A stretch of DNA of 62,156 nt, filler included, from Chiloscyllium plagiosum (Eukaryota): the NCBI RefSeq assembly GCF_004010195.1. It is 4 parts of one record of this genome, joined end to end, with 100 filler letters (N's around TTAATTAATTAA, not from the genome) between each part and the next. Parts side by side here need not be neighbours in the genome. Positions count along the whole stretch, not along the records: positions 25,156 to 52,916 come from NC_057715.1; 3 more parts are not named here. The stretch is one strand, 5' to 3'. Below the pieces are notes generated by a model. That model was given only the letters and a program-made list of their open reading frames with translations. It was not told the DNA's origin and searched no databases. The translations under genes and the position numbers were made by a program. Positions 41,070 through 53,016 of this stretch are shown in pieces (position 1 is the stretch's first letter; each line of letters begins with the position of its first letter).

Positions 41070-41830
41070 GTAAGATGGGCAGAACAGTAGCAATCAAGTT
41101 TAAACCTGAAAAGTATGAATGGTGCATTTTGGGAGGATTAACAAAGCAAGGGAATGTATGATCAATGGTAGGAACCTGGATCGGTGGAACCTTGGTTTGC
41201 ATTAACATAGAATCTTGAAGGCAACGGCACAAGTAGGATAAAGTGCTTAAGCCATATGAGGTACTTAACTTTATTAGTCAAAGCATTGAATATAAAAGCA
41301 GGAGGATTATAATGGAGCTGTATAGGATGATGGATACACCATCGTTAGAATACTGTGTGCAATCCTGGTCACCACATTATAGGAAGAATGTGATTGCACT
41401 AGAGAGGGTGAGAGAAGATTCACTAGGATATTGCCTGGGCTGGAGTGCTTTATCAACGAAGAGACACCACATGCGTTAGAGTTGTCTTCTTTGCAGTGGA
41501 GAAGACCAAGAGGAGGGACCAGATTGAGGTCTGCAAATTTGAGGGACATAGATGGGGTCAGTAGGAAAAGAGGTCAGTTTTAAGGGCTGAAGATTTAAGA
41601 TAAGGGGCAGAAGGTTTAGTGGTTATTTGAGGAGAGTTTCTTTTCATCCAGAAGTTAGTGGGAATCTGGAACTCAGCCTGAAAGAATGGTGAAGGCAGGA
41701 AACATTATAACATTTGAGTACTTGAAACACTGTTGTATTCAAGGCTAAGTGCCAGTAAACAGGCTCTGAGTAGATAGTGGACATGATAGGATGAAGGGCC
41801 TCCTTCTGTGCTGTAATACTGTATTGACTC
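41070..41830 (+). mobile_element. CR1-like LINE 3' fragment, decayed
   Basis: ORF 41243-41479 contains IEYKSR..ELYR...LEYCVQSWSPHYRKNVIALERV. Confidence 0.8.
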
Positions 41831-42394
41831 TGAGAACACACCAAAATAATTTTCTATATTGTACAATAATTGAGGTGATTGATATTATATCTCTGTGTAC
41901 TTCTAAAGCAGATCAGGTTGGACTTCATTCCCATAATGAGTTTTGTCATGCCTGAGATTTTGAAGTTTGTATCATCTCTTCAATGTGTAGTGTTTGTATG
42001 TAAGAAAAAAACAATCACGATCAAGCTTTTATCTATTCAGCAGAATAAGGAACTATTACACGCAAACTTTTGTTCATTTCAAGTTGATGTGAAAACCTTA
42101 GTGCTTTGAAGCTTACCACAGTCTGCTTAGACATAATCATCACTAATTTCTTTTTGGATACCATTGCAAAAAATAATTGCGTAACATCCAATTCTCAACA
42201 CCTATTCTGCCTACAAAAGAAAATATTCTTAAACACAAAAGGTTTAGTAAAGCTCAGGAAATAACAGTCAAATACACCATTTTAAAGAAAAAGTTGATAT
42301 AATTGGACATTTTTTCTAAACCTAAAGTATGTCACAAGAGCTTCGTGATTTGGATGGCAAAGACTAGTGCATTTTCAAGGAGATTAATTCTACA

Positions 42395-42892
42395 TATACA
42401 AAATCCCATGCAAGGACTGCACAAAACACTACATAGGACAAACAGGAAGATAGCTAACGATCCGCATCCATGAACACCAACTAGCCACGAAACGACATGA
42501 CTAGCTATCCTTAGCATCCACACACGCAGATGACAAGCAACATGAGTTTGACTGGGACAACACTACTATTATAGGACAAGCCAAACAGAGATCAGCCAGG
42601 GAATTCCTAGAGGCATGGCACTCATCCACTGATTCAATCAACAAGCACATCGACCTGGACCCAATATACCGGCCACTGCAGCGGACAGCTGGAACTGACA
42701 ACCGGAAGTGGCAGATTCAAACCACTATAAATGCCGGAGAAAAGATTACAGAAGCGCTTCACAGGAGGCTCCCAAGCACTGAGGATGTCATTTAGACAGG
42801 GGACGAAACATCTGCAACACAAATTCCCAGCTCGGCGAACACAACCACAACAACGAGCACCCGAGCTACAAATCTTTGCACAAACTTTGAAC
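42395..42892 (+). mobile_element. Penelope-like element 3' end with GIY-YIG endonuclease remnant
   Basis: Hand translation gives YKIPCKDCTKHYIGQT...IHEHQLATKRHD...FDWDNTTIIGQAKQRSAREFLEAWHSSTDSINKHIDLDPIY (frameshifted); hammerhead-like core at 42779-42809. Confidence 0.85.
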
Positions 42893-44157
42893 TTATTGCT
42901 GTCTTTAAATGATAGGAGTGTATGATAGTTAAATCAACCCTCCTATGTTTTCACAGAATTTCATCATTGAATATTGCACAACTGAAGACTTGTACTTGTA
43001 ATCTTGTTAACCTGGAACAGATTTCCTATTCTTGGAAACAGAATGGTGAGAGGGTTTCCCAAAGAGTTGTTTAGATGCTCTGGCAAATGTGACCAAGTCA
43101 CTGATCTCAGCTTGTCTCTGTCATTCTTGCAGATACAGTTTGCACAGGATGTACAATCTGGGTGTACATCTTTCAAATACTCTTTCAAAAGATCAAACAG
43201 GTTTGACTGAACTGATGTAAGGGGTTTTTCTTCTGCAAAAGAATCAGACATGAGCTGTGCAGCTTGCTGTCAACATGCTTCCCACCAACACAGCTTGTTT
43301 TTAGCAAGCTTTCTTCCACATGAATCAGATAAAACTAACATCTCCGAACCAATCACTACTCCAAAAATAAATTATAGCAAAGCATGCAGTTTTATATATT
43401 CATATATATGATATATATTATCAGTCATATATTTAGGAAGCCTTGTAAAGTAAAATAATCAGTGTTCATTATGAGTGCTGTTAAAGAACCAACTGTAGTT
43501 ATTTGCATAAAATTTGAAATAAAATTGTTTTTCATAATCCTTTAAACTTAAGTCCTCTAAGCAATATTAACTATGAAGCACTTTCATAACAATCCAAATT
43601 TCTGAAGTTTCTCATTCCCGGAGCCAGTTTTGTAATCATTTCTGCACCCCAGTGCCTTCAAATCCTTCCAAAGATATACTCTCCAGAGTTGGACTTAGTT
43701 GTTCCCTTGAGACTGAAACAGTGTTATATAAAGTTTGATCACAATTTCCTTAATTTTGCGCACACTGCCTTGGATTATAAAGATCCTGTATGCCTTTTAG
43801 CCACTTTCTCAACCTGATCTACCGCCTTTAATGATTTTTGCACATTACTCCCGCTACTACATTTTAGAATGGTATGTTTTAGTTTATACTGCCTTCCCCT
43901 CCCTTCTTACCAACATGGATCACTGTACAATTCTGTGCTTTCACTTCTGTCGCTGGACTGTCTCCGACCTCTTATGTCTTATTGCTATCCTCCTCATGGT
44001 TTGAATATGTAGAATTTTATGTCAACTGCAGATTTTGAAATTTTGTTCTGAACAACAAAATCTAGGTCATTAATATGGGTTTACGGTTCCAGACGTTTGT
44101 TTTTCTATCAAATCTTTTCTCAACTGTGAAAAATACTCGTACACCGTTTTATTGTTT

Positions 44158-44538
44158 TGTTAGCGCGGATGAAATGAGATCAGTCCGAGCCCAGAGTGCG
44201 GTTCAACAATCGGTAACGTTTATTACTGCAGTAACGCTGGCGGAGATCAACCGAGGTCCGAATCTCGGCTGCTCTGCTGTTCCCGCGCGCAGCTTCATAT
44301 TATATACTTTTAGTTGTCAGGATGTGTGGGATTTGAGGATGAATGGGATGATAGTTCCCCATCATCACTGGAGTAGGTGCGAATAGGTTGGTTCCTGCCA
44401 TCCCAGGAGAGTTGCAGGGCACGCACAATAGGGTGCTAATTGGTTTATGTAAAACGGGTCCAGGTATTATCTGCTTGTCTCTCTCTGTGAGGGCAGGGGC
44501 TAGCAGAGACGGACTCACTAAACGTGCTGTCCATAACA
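44158..44538 (-). mobile_element. Probable solo LTR (381 bp)
   Basis: Termini TGTTA...TAACA; on the minus strand TATATAA is followed about 80 nt later by AATAAA; CpG-rich relative to flanks. No exact target-site duplication seen. Confidence 0.65.
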
Positions 44539-45479
44539 TTCTCAGTATTGCAGATGCTCCACAGTGAGTTCACTCACAGCTCAAACTCTGAAAAGCAGTT
44601 TCCCAGTAACTGCAGATTGGAACCCTTCCTGCACACATAGCCATCAGGGACACTGGAAGCGTCCCTTCTTTCCCACATTGTGCAAGAGGAGCACACCACG
44701 GCTCTGCGGTGCCCTGTCACAACATCTCTCTACATTCATCTAGTTACTCCCATTAAGAGAATTTAAATGAGTGAGCAACCTTCCTTCACTTCAAACATGC
44801 CCATTATAATAACAAAAAAAAATCTTTACTTAAGCTGATATGTCATACTTTAAAAACTTAAATTCTCCGCAGGTATCACTGACAAATTGGCTATCCCCAT
44901 TGGGACTGTGAATTTCTGAAAGGTCTGAACTAAAACTGATTTTTAGCTTCACCTTCTCCCTGTCTAACCTCACTATTTACACCCAACTCCAAAACACTCT
45001 CATTGAGCCAAGCAGCACTCTTAGTGCAGCCCTGCCATTTTCATTGTCTGCTCACACCTCCACTTCCCTCAGCCTCCTGTACTGTTCCAATGCATCTCAA
45101 TGGGAGCTCAGGACCAGCACTGCATCTTTCAATTCACCTCTTTGCAACCCCAGAGTCAAAATGGACTTCAGCAGTTTCTGAATGAATAGACAGTTGTCAG
45201 AATCTGGAACGTTCCACCTGAAATGGTGCTGGAATTTGAGTCCACAAGGAATCTCAATGAGAAATTTGCAGGGAATTGGAAGTAGAGAGTTTACAGATTA
45301 ACATTATAAAGTGGATGATTGAGACTAAATCTGACAGTTCCTGTAAAAAGGCGAGGTGTAATTTGGATAAATCTGTGCTCTCTCTCAGGCCAATACCTCC
45401 TTCCACAGCTACAGGGCCAAGAATTGAACACATACCCCAAGGGTGATCCAACCATGAACTTGAACATCTTTCTGCTTTT

Positions 45480-45639
45480 GGCTTGACAAAAATATTGAAG
45501 ATATTTTCCCCACAGACAGAACAGACAAACCTCTCTCGTTCCACAGTTAAATGCCAATGATATTCAGATCCTGATGACTCCGCGGACTGTAGAAACTTGT
45601 GTTTTGAGATCCCGAACTCAATTCTTCTCAATTAATATT
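45480..45639 (-). pseudogene. Possible decayed C2H2 zinc-finger gene exon fragment
   Basis: ORF 45254-45631 contains ERFVCSVCGE (F-x-C-x2-C-G half finger) without downstream His residues; acceptor-like ttttaaag at 45640-45647. Confidence 0.35.
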
Positions 45640-45808
45640 CTTTAAAATGAATTCACAAAACAAAGCTCATAGTCAGTTCAGGCTGAATAGTGAAGGCAAA
45701 CACTTCTCTTGGTATGTGTTTGATGTGTAAATGCTCCTCTTCAAATCACCCCGTCCCCACCCAGGAAGAGGACACGGGCATGCTCCTTACGGTACCTTAC
45801 TCCAAATA

Positions 45809-45822
45809 AAGATGGCGGCCAT
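45809..45822. promoter_or_regulatory. YY1 consensus motif in a locally GC-richer segment
   Basis: AAGATGGCGGCCAT matches the long YY1 consensus; function not demonstrated. Confidence 0.4.
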
Positions 45823-46409
45823 AACCCAGGTCCTCTCACTGCCTGAGGCCCAAGCCAACTTCCCCTTTGCTGCAAACGTGGGACCAAGAGTTTCGAATTC
45901 AGACGACCTGCACAGAGTGTAACTAAACCCTCCCAGTCTACATTGATACATTTCATCCGGTTTCTGCTGCCACTCTCCCCTTTCCGCCTCCTGCACACAC
46001 CAAGGGTCATCATGGGTCCAGGGACACTTCCTCAGAACCGATGACAGCTGGGAAAATTAGAATCCCGTCAGGAAACAGGCCCTTCGGCCCAACAATTCCA
46101 CACCAACCCTCCGAAGTTAATCCACCCAGACCCATTCCCCTATCCTATTACTCTCCAATTACCCAGACTAATGCACATCCCTGAACACGATAGGAAATTT
46201 AGCTGGGCTAATTCACTTGACCTACATATCTTTGGACTGCAGGAGATAGGGTTTAAAGAGTAACTAATAGGTGGGGTCAGAGCCCAAAGAGACACAGGAA
46301 CATTTGGAACGACAAAGGAGTGGGAAGTTGGAAAGCTGTTAATGGAGGAGACAGGAACCTTCGAGCATCTCAGTGGCGGTGGTGGAAATGGTTGATGATC
46401 TACATTGTG

Positions 46410-48010
46410 CCGCAAAAAAGACCCTGAGCTTCCAGTTGCCTGCTCTTTAACACACACGACTGTTCCCTGTCCAACATCTCTGTCTCATGCTTACTGCAGT
46501 GTTCCAGTGAAGCTTGATGCAAGCTGGAAGAACACTTCAGAACATACCAAATGGCTTCCTATTTCAAGGACTGCAATTTCCCCCTCACATGTGGTCAACA
46601 ATGCCCTCCAGTGTATCTCCTCCACTTCCCACACCACTGCCCTTGAACCCCACCCCTCCAAATGCAACAAAGATGGAATCCCACCATACTCACCTTCCAC
46701 CCAGATGCAACGCATCATCCTCTGCTATTTCCACCATCAGATCCAACCACCTGAGATATATTTCCCTCCCCACCCCTTTTAGCATTCCACAGAGACCATA
46801 CCCCCTGTGACTTCCACATTAGATCACGCTCCCCACCAACCCACCCTCCATCCAGGCACGTTCGCTTGCCACTGCAAGAGGTGGAAAACCTGTGCCCACA
46901 CCTTCCCCTCACGTGCATCCAAGGCACCACAGGATCCTCCTAAATCCAGCATAGATTTCCCTGCCCACCCAAACACCTAACCAATTGTGTCCTTTGCTCT
47001 CAGGATGCCACATTGTGGAATATTTCAGGGAACATTTCTGGGACACATGCACCAACCAACCCCATCGCCCTGTGGCCGACCACTTCAGCTACCCAACCAC
47101 ACCCCACACCCCGCCGCCACGCTGCCAAGGACATGCAAGTCCTCCACCACAAAATCCGAGCCACCCAACACCTGGAGGAAGAACACCTTGGTAACTTTCA
47201 ACCACACGGCATCAAGGTTTCCTCATCTCCCCTCCCCAACCTTATCTCAGATTCAACCCTCCAACTTGGCACAACCCACTTGAACAGTCGCACCTGTCCA
47301 TCTTCCTTTCCAATTATCCATTACACCCTCTCACCACTACCCTCCATCTACAACCACGTATTGCCTCCCGAGCTCCCTTCCCCCAACCCCAAACACCCCT
47401 CCCTATTTATCTCTCAGCCGTATTCCACCACCCACATTTCTGATGAAGTGCTGACATTCCCAATACGTCAACTCTCCTGCTCCTTGGATGCTGCCTGACC
47501 TGCGGTTTTTTCCAGCACCACACTTTAACATAAGCTGGAATAACAACACCTCATCTTCCACTTGGGGACACTGCAATCCTCTGGCTTCAACATCAAATTC
47601 AATAATTTTAGGTCCTGAACCCTCCCACGTCCTAGTGTCTTTGCCCCCTACCCCACATACCAGGCCTTGTTATTACGTAGCCTTCCATTACACATTATCT
47701 ATGCTTAGCCACTAACAGTCCCCATAAACAGCTATTCACCCTCCCCCTCAGATCGTTATCCACTCCTTTGTCCAACTGCTCTTATCTCTCTCTTTGGACT
47801 CTATCCCCCGCTATCATTTACTCCTTAACCCCTACCTTCTGCATAAAAACCAACATTCTTTTCTCAGTAACGTCAGTTCCTGAGGAAGCGTCACTGGATC
47901 GAAAATGCTAACCGATTTCTCTTCACAGATGCTGCCAGATCTGCTGAGCTTTTCCAGTACCTTCTGGTTTTTGTGTGTGATTTACAGCATCCGCAGTTCT
48001 TTTGGTTCTA
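46410..48010 (+). mobile_element. Cluster of decayed Penelope-like fragments, apparently nested
   Basis: Remnants FREHFWDT...PHRPVADHF and DMQVLH...HLEEEHL; two decayed terminal motifs at about 47439 (CTGATGAAG...) and 47880 (CTGAGGAAG...CGAAA). Confidence 0.7.
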
Positions 48011-48299
48011 ATGTACTCGTTGTATCTAATACAAGTCCAGCAGCCTGAAATTGTTTATCAACCTTCCCAGTTAACACTAACTCCATCTCTCTCCCACTCC
48101 TTCACAGTGACACTGCGCCTGCAAAGCTGATGGTCATGTGTTGGCCTGCTGGACGCACCCCTCATTCACTCCCATTGGCCGACTCTCCTATTGGTCTGAA
48201 GCTGTGTCAATCAGCCAGGCCCCATTGTGACCTGAGTGGTGGGATCCTCCCAGGTGCATGAAAGGCTGAGGAGTGACCTCATAGAGGTTTATAAAATCA

Positions 48300-48709
48300 N
48301 NNNNNNNNNNNNNNNNNNNNNNNNNNNNNNNNNNNNNNNNNNNNNNNNNNNNNNNNNNNNNNNNNNNNNNNNNNNNNNNNNNNNNNNNNNNNNNNNNNNN
48401 NNNNNNNNNNNNNNNNNNNNNNNNNNNNNNNNNNNNNNNNNNNNNNNNNNNNNNNNNNNNNNNNNNNNNNNNNNNNNNNNNNNNNNNNNNNNNNNNNNNN
48501 NNNNNNNNNNNNNNNNNNNNNNNNNNNNNNNNNNNNNNNNNNNNNNNNNNNNNNNNNNNNNNNNNNNNNNNNNNNNNNNNNNNNNNNNNNNNNNNNNNNN
48601 NNNNNNNNNNNNNNNNNNNNNNNNNNNNNNNNNNNNNNNNNNNNNNNNNNNNNNNNNNNNNNNNNNNNNNNNNNNNNNNNNNNNNNNNNNNNNNNNNNNN
48701 NNNNNNNNN
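48300..48709. other. Assembly gap, 410 N, no linker 12-mer
   Basis: Run of N. Confidence 0.99.
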
Positions 48710-48872
48710 TTAAAAATTTCTCACTCTGTCTCTCTGTAAATGAAATACCCTGGAAACAAATCAACTCCTGGTCGAAATCACTGCTTCACCTTCTCAGCTC
48801 CAAGGAGAATTGTCTGACCTTCTGCTAACTCTCCATAAAAGAGAAACCTATCTTAATTTTAATTTATTAGTG

Positions 48873-49895
48873 CCATAGAGATGTACAGCACAGAAACAGA
48901 CCCTTCAGTCCAACTTGTCCATGCCGACCAGATATCCTGAATTAATCTCGTCCCATATGCCAGCACTCGGCCCACAGCCTTCTAAACCTTTCTCAATCAC
49001 ATATCCAATGAGATGCCTTTTAAATGTTGTATCTGTACCAGCCTCCACACTTTCTCTGGCAGCTCATTCCATACACATACCACGTTCAGCTTAAAACTTG
49101 GAACCTAATAATGCTTTTCAATCTTTTCCCTCGCGCCTATGCTTTCTAGTTTTGGACTCACCTAAACAGGAATAAGACCATGGCTGTTTATCCTATCCAT
49201 GCCCCTAACGATTTTATCAACCTCTATGGTCACCTCTCAGCATCCGATTCTCCAGTGAAACCAGCCTCAGTCTATTCAGCCTCTCCCTATAGCTAAATCC
49301 CTCAACCCTGGCAACATCTTAGCATCTTTTCTGAATCCTTTCAAGTTTCACAATATCATTCCAATAGCAGGGAGACCAGGACTGAAAGCGGAATTCAAGA
49401 AGTGGCTGAATGAATGTGCTGTACAGCCGAAAAATGTTGTCACAACTCCTGTACTCAATGCACAGACCAATAAAGGCAAGTACACCAAACACTTTCTCCA
49501 CGACCCTGCCTATCTATGCTTCCACTTTCAAGGAACTATGAAACTGCACTCCAAGGTGTCTTTGTTCAGCAACACTCCCCAGGACCTTCCCATTAAGTGT
49601 ATAAGTCCCACCCTAATTTGCTTTTCCAAAATGCAGAACCTCACATATATCTCAATTAAACTTCATCTGCCACTCCTCAGCCCATTTGATCGGAGTCTCA
49701 TTGTACTCTCAGGTAACTTTGCTGTCCATTGCACCTCTAATTTTGGTGTCTATTGTAAACTTACTAACCATTGCTCCGATATTGATATTCACATAGAAAT
49801 CATTTATATAAATGGCAAAAAGCAGTGGACCCAGCACCCAGCCTGATAGCATATTGCTCATCACAGGCTTCCAGTCCAAAAAGCACCCTCCACTA
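48873..49895 (-). mobile_element. CR1-like LINE 3' portion
   Basis: ORFs 49319-49501 and 49709-49915 contain WVLGPLLFAIYIND, SKFTIDTK and LEFRFQSWSP. Confidence 0.85.
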
Positions 49896-49899
49896 TGAT

Positions 49900-50968
49900 G
49901 CTGACTGCTCAGCAAGGTTAGAGCTCATGGCATACAGGGAGAACGAACCATTTGGATACAGAACTGACTCGAAGGCAGAAGACAGAGGATGGTGATGGAG
50001 GGTTGCTTTTCAGACTGGAGGCCTGTGACTAGTGGAGTGTTATAAGGATCACTGCTGGATCCACTACCTTTCGAAATTTATATCAATGACTTGGATGTGA
50101 ACATCGGAGGTATAGTTAGTGAGATGACACCAAAACTGGAGGTGTAGTGGACAGTGAAAAAGATTACCTCAGAGTACAATGGGATCTTGATCAGATGGGT
50201 GAATGGGCTGATGAGTGGCATTTTGGGAAAACAAATCTTAGAAGGACCTATACACTTAATGGTAAGGTCCTGAGGAGTGTTACTGAACAAAGAGTTCTTG
50301 GTGTGCAGCTGGACAGGATAGTGAAGGTGGCATTTGGTATGCTTTCCTTTATCGGACAAAGTATTTAGTACAGGAGTTATGAGATCATGTTGCAGCTGTA
50401 TAGGACATTGGTTAGGCCACTTTTGGAACGCTGCATACAAATCTGGTCTCCCTCCTATTGGAAGGATGATGTGAAACTTGAAAGGGTTCAGAAAAGATTT
50501 ACAAGAACGTTGCCAGGGTTGGAGGATTTGAGCGAAGCTGGGGGTTGAATAGAGGTTGAATAGACTGGGGCTGTTTTACCTGCAGCATCGGAGGCTGAGA
50601 GGTGATCTTATCTATGTATATAAAAACATGAGGTGTATGGACAGGATAAATAGACAAAGTCTTTTCCCTGGCGTGGGGGATCCCAGCACTAGAGGGCACA
50701 CGTTTACGGTATGAGGGGAAAGACTTTAAAGAGACTTGAGAGGCAATGTTTTCACACAGAGGGTGGTACGTGTATGGAATGAGCTGCCAGATTAAGTGGT
50801 GGAGGCCATTACGATTGCAACATTTAACAGGCATCTTCATGTGTATATGAATAGGAAGGAGATGGGACGGGTGCTGACAGGTGGGACTAGATTGCATTGG
50901 GATATCTGATCAGCATGTACTGGTTGTACCGACGGGTCTCTGTTTCTGCGCTGTCCATCTATGACTCT
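49900..50968 (+). mobile_element. CR1-like LINE 3' portion, inverted relative to 48873-49895
   Basis: ORF 50147-50368 (DYLRVQWDLDQMGEWADEW...) and 3' tail ending CTATGACTCT. Confidence 0.85.
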
Positions 50969-50969
50969 T

Positions 50970-51870
50970 TGACCTTCCAGCCAATTCCGTATTCAAACAG
51001 CTAGTTCCGCCAGAATTCTATGGTATTGAACCTGCTAACCAGTGTGTTATGTGAAACCTTGTGTCTTTCTCAAGTCCAAGTTAATGATTTCAATGCACAA
51101 AGCCATGCTGACTCTCCCTAATAATTTCTTGCTTTTCCAATGACATGTAAATCCTGTCCCTGAGAATCCCTTCCAACAACTTCTCTGCCACTGACTTCAG
51201 GCTCACTGGTCTATAGTTCCCTGGCTTTTCCTTACCATCTTTCTCAAATAATGGCACCAGTCTTCCAGCTCCTCACCTGTGGTGATCGATGATACAAATA
51301 TCGCAGCGAGGGGCCCAGCAAAAGCTTCCCTAATTACCCACAAAGTTCTGGGATACACCTGATCAAATTCCAGGGATTTATCCACCTTTATGCATTTTAA
51401 GACATCCGGTACCTCCTCCTCTGTAATATGTACACTTGCCAAGTTATCACTATTTATTTATCCAACTTCTCTAACTTCCATATTCCCTTTCAGTAAAAAC
51501 TGACATGAAATACTTACAGAATCTCTCCCACCTCATGCTGTTCCATAGACAGTCTTGTTGATCTTTGAGAGTCGCTATTCTCTGCCTCGTTATTCTTTTG
51601 TCTTTAGTGTAATTGTAGATTCTCTTTGGATTCTCCTTTCACCTATTTCCCAAAGCTATCCCATGTCCCCTTTTTTGCCTCCTGGTTTCCCGCGAGTATA
51701 CTCCTACTGCCCTTATAGTCCTCTAGGGATTCACACAAACACAGTGGTCTGTACCTGCCATATCCTTTCTTCATTTTCCTGACCAGAGCCTCAATTTCGC
51801 AGGTCATGCAGCATTCTCGACGCCTCCCAGCCTTGGCCTTAACAGGAACATACTGTCTGTGTACTCTCAT
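50970..51870 (-). mobile_element. CR1-like LINE internal ORF2 fragment
   Basis: ORF 51203-51442 contains IKVDKS..DQVYPRTL...AGPLAAIF, the region preceding the RT core. Confidence 0.8.
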
Positions 51871-52916
51871 TGTCACAGGCCTATGGAGGCAATGGCAGAT
51901 GAGGACAGAGAAACAATCATTTATCAGTAAAGAGGTAGTGTTGGGAAAGCTAAAAACTCATCCTTATCTCTATAATTCCTCTCTAGCCTCAGAACTATCA
52001 CTATCTCTGCATCAAAAACATCTTAATCTCTGCAACATCCTCCAATCTCTAATCTCCTCCAGTCTCAACAGCCTATCTTTAATCATGTCCACCCTCACAA
52101 ATCTCTGCGATGTGCCTTTCTTTAATTCCAGCCTTCAGGATAACCCATTTTTTAATTTCAGATTCCTGCATCCAGAACTCCACAATGTCGCGCTTAACCT
52201 CTGTCACATTTTCCTCCAAAAAACATTAATCAACCACGTATCATCTATTCTAATATCACCTTCTATGACCTAGTTTCTGTTGTGGCTTGAAATATTCCTA
52301 TATTACGCGTTTGTGGTCTACATGACAGAAAACGGTTTTGTGGTCCATTGGGTTTATGCTGTAAAGAAATCTCCCAGCTAACTATTTTAATCCCATTTTC
52401 CAGCACAGAGCCCATGGATCTGTCAGCCTTGGCCTTGCAAGTGTGTTCCTTAATAGATTTTAAATGCCATCGGGATTTCTGTCTCTCACTCTCTTCCAGA
52501 CAGTGAGGTTTAGTGCAACTGTTCCTCTATGCTATCACCCACAGGGTTCAGAGAAGCTGGGTCTGTGCGAACCAGGGTGGATCAAGGAATGGGGGATTTT
52601 AGTTGCAGAATTTGTGGGGCTTTTTTAACATTAATTGTTCACATGATATGTGTGTTGCTAATACACATCAAGAATAACCATCCACAATTAATGGACTCTC
52701 CTTTTCAACCTCTCCCCTTGCTTGCGCTGTGGTAATATTCAGGTTAACCACTACCAGACATCTCTCTCTAATGAGAGAGTAGTCCTACGGTCGGGTCGGA
52801 CAATGCTGACTTGATCTTTTACACAGTGATGCCACTGTGCCTCGAGGGTGGGGAGAGGGCATGGTGAAGGTAGTGGATGGGAAACCACTCAGGTACAGTG
52901 CTTTATCCTGGAGGAA

Positions 52917-53016
52917 NNNNNNNNNNNNNNNNNNNNNNNNNNNNNNNNNNNNNNNNNNNNTTAATTAATTAANNNNNNNNNNNNNNNNNNNNNNNNNNNN
53001 NNNNNNNNNNNNNNNN
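52917..53016. other. Artificial contig-joining spacer: 44 N + TTAATTAATTAA + 44 N
   Basis: Same structure as 25056-25155. Confidence 0.95.

Noticed and set aside
48236..48764. ORFs 48236-48739 and 48297-48764
   Set aside because: They are open only because they run through N bases.
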